Assembly (NCBI RefSeq): GCF_009649845.1
Contig: NZ_WJIE01000009.1
Location: 224,685-288,684 of the forward strand
Length of the DNA: 64,000 nt
Origin: Polyangium spumosum
GTDB lineage: Bacteria; Myxococcota_A; Polyangia; Polyangiales; Polyangiaceae
Direction of reading: 5' to 3'
Shown: piece by piece, positions 35,341 through 43,107 of the stretch
Position numbering within the stretch: position 1 is the first letter of the stretch
Layout of the letters: every line of letters begins with the position of its first letter
Position numbers and translations under genes: made by a program
Notes under the pieces: model-generated
Databases searched by the model: none
Seen by the model: only the letters and a program-made list of their open reading frames with translations
Told to the model about the DNA's origin: nothing

Positions 35341-37605
35341 TCAGGGCGCAGGGGGCGGGAGCTCGGCCGGGGGAGGCTCCTTCGGCGCCTTCGGTGGCGC
35401 GGACTCCTTCGGCTTGGACGGCGCCGCCGCGGCGGCGGGCTTGCTCTCGTTCCGGAACGTCGCGGGTTTCGTCGGCCCGTTGTCGTCGGGCTTGGGCTCG
35501 TCGAGGTCCTCGCTCGGGGCGGGTTTGTCCTCGACGGGCGGCGCGACGGCGACGGCCTCGGCCTTGTCGTCCGGGGTCTCCTTCGGGGGCGGCGGCGCGG
35601 CCTTGGGGGCGGCGGGCTGCGCGACGTAGACGACGACTTTGTCACCCGGGGCGAGGGCGCTCGTGCGCGAGCGGTGGTTGATGCGCTCGAGCATGCCGAG
35701 GCTGAGATTGTATCGCTTCGACAAACCCCGCCAGGTGTCGCCCTCGGCGGCGGCGATCTCCAGGCGCTTTCGGCCCTTCAAGTTCTCGAAATGCGTGAAG
35801 AACTCGGTGGAGCCGACGGGCAGGACGCGGGCCTCGGCCTCCTCCAGGACGAGGACATGGGCGAGGGCACGCTCACGCGGGACGAAGACCTGCAAGGTCA
35901 TGCCGTCATGAAGGGAGGCCGAGGGGTCGATGGCATTCCAGCGAGCGAGCTCGGCGGGGGAGACGGAGAGCGCGGCGGCGACCTCGCGGACGGTGTCGCC
36001 GGCGACGACGCGATAAAAGACGCGCCGACGATCGGGGTAGGAGAAGGCCTCGGCAGGGACGACGATGACGGGCTTCTGGCCAGGGGCGCCGGAGACGACG
36101 CTGGCGAGCGTGGGTTTGTCGGAGACGGCCTCGGGGACAAAAAGGACGGTGCCAGGGCGGACGTGCTCGCCCGAGCGGAGGCCATTCAAGGAGAGCAAGG
36201 TGCTCTTCGTGGTGCCGCGGAGGGCGGCGATGTCCTCGATCGATTCGCCCCAGCGGACGAGGTGGCGCTCGAGTTTGTCCTCGCGCTCGAGGAGCCTGGC
36301 CACGGTCTTGGCGGCGCGGGCGCCGGTGCCGGGCGGGACACGGACGACGAAGGAGGCGGCCTCCTTGGCGTCAGGGCCGAGCGGAGGCGTGCGGCCGACG
36401 GGGAGCTGGGGGTTCAAGGCGAGGACGGCGTCGAGGTCGGCGCCGGCAGCAGCCGCGACGGTGCGGAGCGCGACGCCGGAGCCGACGGCGACCTTGTCGA
36501 AGGTGACGGCGGGCTCGAGCTCGAGGCCGTCGCAGCCGAAGACGGCGCAGTTCTTGGCGACGATCGCGAGGGAGACGATCTTGGGGACGTAGAGCGCCGT
36601 CTCGAGGGGGAGGCCGGCTTCGAGGCGGCTGAGCTCCCAGAAGTCGTTGGTGTTGTACTTGCGAATGGAGGCGAGCAGGCCACCATAACCCATGTTGTAG
36701 GCGGCGAAGGCGAGCTCCCAGCCCCCGAAGCGGCGGTGGAGGTCGGCGAGGTAACGGGCGGCGGCGAGGGTGGATCGCTCGGGATCGAGGCGCTCGTCGA
36801 TCCAGCGATCGACGGTGAGGCCATAGATACGAGCGCCCTCGGGCATGAACTGCCAGAGGCCGGCGGCGCCGACGGGCGAATGAATGGTGGGATTGAAGCC
36901 GCTCTCGACGAGCGCGAGCCAGACGATGTCCTCGGGCAAACCCTGCTCGCGGAGGACACGACGAATGGCAGCGGCGTACTTGCCGCTCTTTTTCATCCAG
37001 ATGGCGACCATGGAGCGGCCGCGGGGGTTGTTCTTGTAAAACTCGAGGTAACGGATGACGCGCGCATCCCAGCGGACGGGGATGTCGGGGAGGTCGAGCT
37101 TCTTGAGGAAGGAGAGGTCGCTCGTCGGTGGGGGCGGCGAGAGCGGCGCAGGCAGCGGCGGCGAGGGGGGAACACCCGTGGCGAGGAGGACGGGGCCGCC
37201 GCGATCGAGCGAGGGCAAATCGTCCGAGGGCCAGGGGGCGCCCGCATGAGGCGCCGGAGAGAAGAGGGCGAGGTCGAGCTCGCGGAGGGCGCGGAGCTCG
37301 GCGGACTCGTCCACGGAGGGATGAGGGTTCGGAGGCACGCCCGCGATGGCGCGGCGGACGTTTTCGTCGGGCTGGCCAGGCTCACCGGGCTTACGCGTGA
37401 GGGGCTTCTTGGCGGCCGGCTTCCTGGCCGCGGGCTTCTTGGCCGCGGGCTTCTTGGCCGTGGGCTTCTTGGCCGTGGGCTTGGGCTTGGGCTTGGCAGC
37501 GGCGGGCGGGGGCTTGGCCTCGACGAGGCTCGCATGGGAGACGAGCGCGCCGGCGAGGAGCCAGCCGACCGTGACGAACACGCGTGCGGCCTTTCGAAAG
37601 CGCAT
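35341..37605 (-). CDS. mltD: membrane-bound lytic murein transglycosylase D-like (SLT domain + 2-3 LysM domains)
   Basis: SLT catalytic region: WLALVESGFNPTIHSPVGAAGLWQFMPEGARIYGL. LysM modules: YRVVAGDTVREVAAALSVSPAELARWNAI, GDTWRGLSKRYNLSLGMLERINH. N-terminal KKPAA repeats. Confidence 0.85.
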   Translation of the reverse strand: MRFRKAARVFVTVGWLLAGALVSHASLVEAKPPPAAAKPKPKPTAKKPTAKKPAAKKPAARKPAAKKPLTRKPGEPGQPDENVRRAIAGVPPNPHPSVDESAELRALRELDLALFSPAPHAGAPWPSDDLPSLDRGGPVLLATGVPPSPPLPAPLSPPPPTSDLSFLKKLDLPDIPVRWDARVIRYLEFYKNNPRGRSMVAIWMKKSGKYAAAIRRVLREQGLPEDIVWLALVESGFNPTIHSPVGAAGLWQFMPEGARIYGLTVDRWIDERLDPERSTLAAARYLADLHRRFGGWELAFAAYNMGYGGLLASIRKYNTNDFWELSRLEAGLPLETALYVPKIVSLAIVAKNCAVFGCDGLELEPAVTFDKVAVGSGVALRTVAAAAGADLDAVLALNPQLPVGRTPPLGPDAKEAASFVVRVPPGTGARAAKTVARLLEREDKLERHLVRWGESIEDIAALRGTTKSTLLSLNGLRSGEHVRPGTVLFVPEAVSDKPTLASVVSGAPGQKPVIVVPAEAFSYPDRRRVFYRVVAGDTVREVAAALSVSPAELARWNAIDPSASLHDGMTLQVFVPRERALAHVLVLEEAEARVLPVGSTEFFTHFENLKGRKRLEIAAAEGDTWRGLSKRYNLSLGMLERINHRSRTSALAPGDKVVVYVAQPAAPKAAPPPPKETPDDKAEAVAVAPPVEDKPAPSEDLDEPKPDDNGPTKPATFRNESKPAAAAAPSKPKESAPPKAPKEPPPAELPPPAP
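37402..37497. repeat. 15-bp tandem repeat (gggcttcttggccgc-like, about 6 copies) encoding (AAKKP)n in mltD N-terminus
   Basis: Direct reading shows cttcttggccgcgggcttcttggccgcgggcttcttggccgtgggcttcttggccgtgggcttgggcttgggcttggc. Confidence 0.8.
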
Positions 37606-37727
37606 GACCCGAAGGCGGGTGTCTCATGGTGGGGACGCGGGGTCAACTTTCCGCGGGAGGCGCGGATGGTTGCACACGAAAAGTCATGCGCGCCTCACGA
37701 CGCGCTCCGACCGGAGCCCCGCACCGT

Positions 37728-38840
37728 TCACGACAATGCAGCGACCCAGTCCACGATCTGCGGCAGCCCCATCACCTCGTTCACCACGCCCGCCTTCACC
37801 GCCGCGCGCGGCATGCCGTACACGACCGCGGTCTCCTCGCTCTCGGCGATGATCGTCCCGCCGCCGGCCCGGATCGCGCGGGCGCCGGCGACGCCGTCGT
37901 CGCCCATGCCCGTGAGGATGACGCCGTAGGCCCGCGAGCCGACGGGCGCGAGGCTACGCAGGAGGCGGTCGGCGCTCGGGATGTAACGGTCGTGCTGCGA
38001 GGGAGGTCCGACACGCAGGCGGATCTCGTTCCAGCCCATGCCACTCGGGTTCTGCGAGACGACCGCCTCCATGCACATCTTGCCCGGGCAGATGAAGGCC
38101 CGGCGCGCCGTGACGAGGTCGCCGTCGACGGCCTCGGTCACGCGGATCGCGCTCTTCCTGTCGAGGCGCTCGGCGAAGGTGCGCGTGAACTTCTCCGGCA
38201 TGTGCTGGGCGATGAGGATCGCCCCGCCGAACTTCTCGGGGACGCGGCTCAGGATCTCGAGCAGCGCCGTGGGGCCGCCCGTCGAGGAGCCGATGCCCAC
38301 GATGAAGCGCGCCGCGATGTTGGCCACGGAGCGCGCGCTCGGCTGCTCGGGTTGCGGCGTCGAGAGGACCGGCGGGGTGGCCGTGGAGCGCGGGAGCGGC
38401 GGGATGGCGCTGTTTCGTTGGCTCATGGCGGCGAGCGGGCGCAGGTACCGGACGAGGAGGACCTTCTGCAAAATCTCGCGGCGCAAGGAGGTGTCGGGCG
38501 CGAGCCTTTGCGTGGGTTTGGCGACGAAGTCGACGGCGCCGAGCTCGAGCGCCTTGAAGACGTTCTCCTTGTGGCTGTAGCTCGACACCACGATCACCGG
38601 CGTCGGCTGCCGGACCATGAGGATGCGGAGGAAGGTGAAGCCGTCCATCCGCGGCATCTCGAGGTCGAGCGTGATGACGTCCGGCTTGAGGCTCAAGGCG
38701 AGGCGCAGCGCCTCCTCCCCGTCGCCCGCCTTGCCGACGACCTCGACCTCGTCGCTGCCGGCGAGGATGTCCGCGATGTTCCTGCGGTTGTAGGCGGAGT
38801 CGTCGACGACGAGCACCCGCAGCGGACCGGTCTTCACCAC
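37728..38840 (-). CDS. cheB: chemotaxis response regulator protein-glutamate methylesterase CheB
   Basis: N-terminal receiver domain (LRVLVVDDSAYNRRNI...DVITLDLEMPRMDG). C-terminal methylesterase (GSSTGGPTALLEIL, AQHMP, GMGDDG). Confidence 0.9.
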   Translation of the reverse strand: MVKTGPLRVLVVDDSAYNRRNIADILAGSDEVEVVGKAGDGEEALRLALSLKPDVITLDLEMPRMDGFTFLRILMVRQPTPVIVVSSYSHKENVFKALELGAVDFVAKPTQRLAPDTSLRREILQKVLLVRYLRPLAAMSQRNSAIPPLPRSTATPPVLSTPQPEQPSARSVANIAARFIVGIGSSTGGPTALLEILSRVPEKFGGAILIAQHMPEKFTRTFAERLDRKSAIRVTEAVDGDLVTARRAFICPGKMCMEAVVSQNPSGMGWNEIRLRVGPPSQHDRYIPSADRLLRSLAPVGSRAYGVILTGMGDDGVAGARAIRAGGGTIIAESEETAVVYGMPRAAVKAGVVNEVMGLPQIVDWVAALS

Positions 38841-38874
38841 CGTTTCACCTCTGCTGACTCCCTTGCCGAAGTGC

Positions 38875-39777
38875 TCATGGTTTCCCCGATCCGAGCGTCC
38901 CGCCGTCCAGACCCCCCGGGGCGAACCGCGAGGCCGTGATGGGCTTCCGATAGACGAGATCGTCGCGCAAATGGACGAGCTCGAACGCGGTCGACACGTT
39001 GAGGAGCGACTCCGAGTGGCCGAGGAGCAAGAAGCCGCCCGGGAGGAGCCGGTCGTAAAACATGTCGATCACGCGGCGCCGCGAGACGTCGTCGAAGTAG
39101 ATGAGGACGTTGCGGCAGAAGATGATGTCGACGCGGCCGACGACCGAGGCACGGACGGGATCGAGCAGGTTCAGGTGGCCGAAATGGCACCAGGCCCGGA
39201 GGTCGTCCTGCACGTGCATGCCGTCGGGCTTCTCGACGAAGTACTTGCGCTTCAAGTCGGCAGGGATCGCGCGGAACGACGAGGTGCCGTAGACGCCGCG
39301 GCGCGCGTGGGCCACGCAGCGCCGGGAGATGTCGCTGCCGAAGATGCGGAGGTCGCGGCGCCCGGACAAACCGGCCTCCCTCGCCGTGATGGCGATGGAG
39401 TAGACCTCCTCGCCCGTCGAGCAGCCAGCGCTCCAGATGGAGAGGCTCTCGCGGGAGAGCGGCGGGCGGCGGAGCATGGGGAAGAGCTCGTTGCGGAGCG
39501 CCGTGAGCTGATAGTCCTCGCGATAAAAGTAGGTCTCGTTGATCGTGACGAGATCGAGCGCCTCGTCGAGCTCGGCCCGGCCCCGGTCCGGCGAGCGGAG
39601 GAGCTGGTAATACTCGCCGAACGAGTGCAAGCCATGCACGCTGAGGCGCTCGCGCAAGCGCCGCTCGATGACGGGGCGCTGCTCGGGGCTCAGCGCGATG
39701 CCGCAATGCTGGTTGATGAGATCCCGCAAGAGGCGGAACTCGTCCGGCGCGAGGCGGATCTCATCCGGGAAGCGCAT
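38875..39777 (-). CDS. cheR: chemotaxis protein methyltransferase CheR
   Basis: ETYFYREDYQLTAL, IWSAGCSTGEEVYSIAI and FCRNVLIYF are CheR SAM-methyltransferase motifs. The start ATG at 39777..39775 shares one base with the stop of the upstream HEAT gene (TGATG). Confidence 0.9.
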   Translation of the reverse strand: MRFPDEIRLAPDEFRLLRDLINQHCGIALSPEQRPVIERRLRERLSVHGLHSFGEYYQLLRSPDRGRAELDEALDLVTINETYFYREDYQLTALRNELFPMLRRPPLSRESLSIWSAGCSTGEEVYSIAITAREAGLSGRRDLRIFGSDISRRCVAHARRGVYGTSSFRAIPADLKRKYFVEKPDGMHVQDDLRAWCHFGHLNLLDPVRASVVGRVDIIFCRNVLIYFDDVSRRRVIDMFYDRLLPGGFLLLGHSESLLNVSTAFELVHLRDDLVYRKPITASRFAPGGLDGGTLGSGKP

Positions 39778-41999
39778 CACGACCCGAAGAAGCCCCTTTC
39801 CCCGCGCCAGCGGATCGACGAGAGCGCACCCTCGAGGGTGTCGCGCACGTCCCGATCGAGCTCGTGCGAAGCGCGCTGCGCGAGGCGCTCGCGCAAGGTC
39901 GTGTTGTCGCTCGCCGCGATCGTCTCGGCCGCGAGGAGCCGGACGTCGGGCGAAGGATGGTCGAGGCAACGAAGCAGCGCCTCCCCCTCGGGGCCACTCG
40001 TCTCGAGCTTGAGCATCGCCGCCTTGACGACCGCGGCGTCGGGGTGATCGAGCGCCGCGACGAGCGCCGCTTGCCTGCCTGCCGCGCCCCAGGGCAGGCG
40101 CCCGATGGACTCGGCAGCCGCGATCGCCACGACGGCCTCGGCCTCGCGGGCGAGGGGCGCGAGGGCCTCGATGAGCGCGTCCGCGGCGCGCTCCGCGGCC
40201 TCGGGCGGGATCGTGGAGAGGGCCTCGCCGAGCGCGCGGATCGCGGTGGCCACGAGCTCGGCGTCCATCGAGCGGCCCGCGATGTCGAGGATGGTGCGCA
40301 GGCTCGGCGTCGCGTTCGTCTCGGCCGAGGCCTCGCGCCGCCGCGCCGCCGCGCCGAGGTAGCCGAGCGCGCGCGCCGCGGCGAGCTGGACCTCGCGCTC
40401 CTCGTCGGCGAGCGCGAGCGAAAGGACGTCGAGCGCCGAGTCGCCGCCGATCTCGGCGACGGCGCCGATCGCCGCACGACGCGTGCGCACGTCCTCGGCC
40501 GCAGCCGCGCGCGCGAGGAAGCCGAGGTCGAAGGGAGACGGCGGCGGGCTCGAGGGGCTACGCGTGGCCGCGAGGGCGCCGAGGATGATCGCGGCGGCGA
40601 AGGCCTCGTCGCCGGGCTCGCTGCCGGCGCGGGTGACGAGGGCGTCGCCGAGCGCGCGCGCGGCCTTCTCGTGGCGGGTCGCGAGCGAGGCGAGCGCGCC
40701 CTCGGCGGCGTGGGCGACGGGGCGGAGCGGCGAGGCGACGAGGCGCGCGGCGAGCGCGAGGTCCTCCTCGGTGCCGAGCTTCGAGAGGGCGAAGAGGGCG
40801 CTCGTGGCGACGCGGCGCTCTTCGTCGAGCACGGCCGCGCGCAGGGCCTCGAGCAGCGCCGTGGGCCGCTCGGGCGCGCCGGGCGCGAGGGCGATCGCCG
40901 CGGCGACCTCGATGAGCGCGGCGCGCACGTCGGCCGCGAGCGGCGTCACGCCTTTCTCGGGGGCGATACGCGCGACGAGGCCGGGCAGCGCGGCAGGCCC
41001 GAGGAGGAAGAGCGCACGTTCGGCCTGTTCGGTGAAGGTCTCCTCGGCGAGCGCGAGGGCGGCCGCGTCGACGACGCCGGGCGCGCGCGCGACCGCGGCG
41101 AGCAGGAGCGCCATGGCGCGGTGGTGCGGGGGGTCGGTGCCCTCGGCCATGGCGACGCGCACGAGGCGCTCGCCGAGCTCGGGGCCTTCGGCCGCGAGGG
41201 CGCCCGTGACGGCGGGCAGGAGCGGTCCGTCGGCGAGGCGCGCGAGCGCGCTGATGGCCTGCATGAAGGTGCCGCCGCGCGCCTTGTGGAGCATGCGGGC
41301 GAGCGCCGGGGCGGCCGCGGGGCTCTCGGAGGTGGCGGCGGCCGAGAGGGCCGCGCCGCGCAGGGAGGGGTGCTCGAGCAGCGGCGCGAGGCGCTCCCAG
41401 GGGATCACGGCGCCGAGGGCGTTGAGGCCTTCGAGGGCGGCGAGCTTGGCGAAGGGATCGGCGCTGTCGAGGCAGCGGAAGAGGAGGCGCTGGACCTCGA
41501 CGGGGGCGATCGGCCCGAGCTGCGCGATGGCCTCGACGGCGCCCTGGCGGACGTTCTCGTCGGCGTCGCGCAGGGCGCGCTCGAGGACGGCGAGGGCGTG
41601 GGGATCTCGCGTGAAGCCGAGGGCCTGGACGGCGAGCTTGCGGCCGTCGGCGTCGAGGCGCGCGAGCGACGCTTCGAGGGGCGCGGTGGCGGCGCTGCCG
41701 CAGCTCGCGAGGACCTCGATCGCGGCGTTGCGCAGGCCGACGTTGTCGCAGGGCTCGAAGGTCTTGACCATCGCCGCGATGAGGCTCGGCGCGGGGATGA
41801 ACGCGCGCGCCGCGTAGGTGGCCTCCTTGCGCACGCGCCAGTCGGTGTCGCCGAGCGCGCGGACGAGGAGCGGCAGCGCGTCGTAGAGCGGTAGCTCGGC
41901 GGCGAGGGCGGTGGCCTGGCGGCGCTCCTCGGCGTCCGCGGCGTCGAGGGCGGCTTCGATCAGCGCAGGCGAGACGGTGCGGGTCGAAGGGGGGTTCAC
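39777..41999 (-). CDS. HEAT-repeat (PBS-lyase-like) protein embedded in che operon (Cpc7-like)
   Basis: About 740 aa of repeated helix pairs with DxxVRxxAxxALG-type HEAT signatures (DWRVRKEATYAA, NVRQGAVEAIAQLG, DVRTRRAAIGAVAEIG, EVQLAAARALGYLG, DVRLLAAETIAAS). Start reassigned to GTG 41999, 10 nt after the cheW stop. The first 118 codons of the track ORF overlap cheW and are Ser/Arg-rich. Confidence 0.75.
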   Translation of the reverse strand: MNPPSTRTVSPALIEAALDAADAEERRQATALAAELPLYDALPLLVRALGDTDWRVRKEATYAARAFIPAPSLIAAMVKTFEPCDNVGLRNAAIEVLASCGSAATAPLEASLARLDADGRKLAVQALGFTRDPHALAVLERALRDADENVRQGAVEAIAQLGPIAPVEVQRLLFRCLDSADPFAKLAALEGLNALGAVIPWERLAPLLEHPSLRGAALSAAATSESPAAAPALARMLHKARGGTFMQAISALARLADGPLLPAVTGALAAEGPELGERLVRVAMAEGTDPPHHRAMALLLAAVARAPGVVDAAALALAEETFTEQAERALFLLGPAALPGLVARIAPEKGVTPLAADVRAALIEVAAAIALAPGAPERPTALLEALRAAVLDEERRVATSALFALSKLGTEEDLALAARLVASPLRPVAHAAEGALASLATRHEKAARALGDALVTRAGSEPGDEAFAAAIILGALAATRSPSSPPPSPFDLGFLARAAAAEDVRTRRAAIGAVAEIGGDSALDVLSLALADEEREVQLAAARALGYLGAAARRREASAETNATPSLRTILDIAGRSMDAELVATAIRALGEALSTIPPEAAERAADALIEALAPLAREAEAVVAIAAAESIGRLPWGAAGRQAALVAALDHPDAAVVKAAMLKLETSGPEGEALLRCLDHPSPDVRLLAAETIAASDNTTLRERLAQRASHELDRDVRDTLEGALSSIRWRGERGFFGS

Positions 42000-42009
42000 G
42001 GCGCGCTCC

Positions 42010-42516
42010 TCACAGGTCGTCGATCGGCGGAAGGACGTCGGCGATGTCGTCGACGAGCTCGGTGAACCGCTTCGTGTCGAGCACGAAGACGAGCAGGCCG
42101 TTGTGGTTCGTGACGCCCGAGATGCCGCGCAGATCGCGGCCGCCGCCGACGGGGGGCGTCGGCCGGATCTCGTCGGCGCCCGTGCCGAAGACCTCGGAGA
42201 CGGCGTCGACGACGAGGCCCACCATGCGCGCGCCGGCGTCGACGAGGATCCACTTCGTCGAGCGCGTCGGCGACGTCGGCGGCAGGCCGAAGCGGATGCG
42301 CAGATCGATGACGGGCACCACGTCGCCGCGGTGATCGGCCACGCCCGAGACATCGGGGGGCGTGTGCGGGAGCGGCGTGACTGGCAAGGGGTTCACGATC
42401 TCGCGCACCTGGCCGATCCCGATCGCGTAGTGGACGTCGCCGACGACGAAGCCGACGAGGCTCTTCTGGGGATCGGCGCGGTGTCTCTGGCCATAGTCGG
42501 GCATCGCTTTCGTCAT
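42010..42516 (-). CDS. cheW: chemotaxis coupling protein CheW
   Basis: The 168-aa product has the CheW fold: VGFVVGDVHYAIGIGQVREI, VPVIDLRIRFGL, GLVVDAVSEV, GLLVFVLD. Confidence 0.85.
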   Translation of the reverse strand: MTKAMPDYGQRHRADPQKSLVGFVVGDVHYAIGIGQVREIVNPLPVTPLPHTPPDVSGVADHRGDVVPVIDLRIRFGLPPTSPTRSTKWILVDAGARMVGLVVDAVSEVFGTGADEIRPTPPVGGGRDLRGISGVTNHNGLLVFVLDTKRFTELVDDIADVLPPIDDL

Positions 42517-42537
42517 CTCCGAACGGCGACCTCGGGG

Positions 42538-43107
42538 TCAGGACGCGAGCACCACCTTCAAGTCGAGGAGGATGATCACGGACGCGTCGTGGCGCAGGCC
42601 GCTGGCGTTCCTCGCCTGGGCCTTCGCGTCCGCCTGGTTCTGCGCCTGCGCGGGGCGCGCGATGCCGGCGATGTAACCGGCGACCTCGCCTCCGAGCGCG
42701 GACGCGGTCTGCTCGATGTCGCTGTCGGCGAGGCGGTAGACCTGGAGGACCTCGTCGACGAAGAGCCCGAGCGTCTCGACGCCCATCGGATCGACGAGCA
42801 GGATGCGCGCCTTGCTCGTGACGGGCCCCTCGGAGAGGCGGAGGCGGCGCCTGAGATCGAGCACCGTGACGAGCTGGCCGCGGACGCTGATGATGCCCAT
42901 GATCGACGAGGGCGCGCGCGGCACCGGGGTGATCGGGCGGAGCGTCAGGATCTCGCGGATGAGCGCGACGGGCGCGGCGTAGACGTTCTCGGCGAGGCGG
43001 AAGGCGAGGTACTTGGTGCCCTGTCCGCGGTCGCGGAGCTGCTTCTTGTGCTTCTGGCCCGCGACGACGACGGCGGAGTCGCTGCGGCGAGCGAGGTTAG
43101 AAGCCAT
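42538..43107 (-). CDS. cheW: chemotaxis coupling protein CheW (second copy)
   Basis: YLAFRLAENVYAAPVALIREI, LVTVLDLRRRL, LGLFVDEVLQV, VIILLDL. The start overlaps the cheA stop. Confidence 0.85.
   Translation of the reverse strand: MASNLARRSDSAVVVAGQKHKKQLRDRGQGTKYLAFRLAENVYAAPVALIREILTLRPITPVPRAPSSIMGIISVRGQLVTVLDLRRRLRLSEGPVTSKARILLVDPMGVETLGLFVDEVLQVYRLADSDIEQTASALGGEVAGYIAGIARPAQAQNQADAKAQARNASGLRHDASVIILLDLKVVLAS

Noticed and set aside
35326-37929. 867-aa plus-strand ORF across mltD/cheB
   Set aside because: Gly/Glu/Arg/Asp low-complexity antisense translation. mltD SLT/LysM and cheB motifs lie on the minus strand.
41999-42353. First 118 codons of track ORF 39777..42353 (MSRAWPITAATWCPSSICAS...)
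   Set aside because: They overlap the well-supported cheW (42010..42516) in another frame and are Ser/Arg/Thr-rich. The HEAT protein start was reassigned to GTG 41999.
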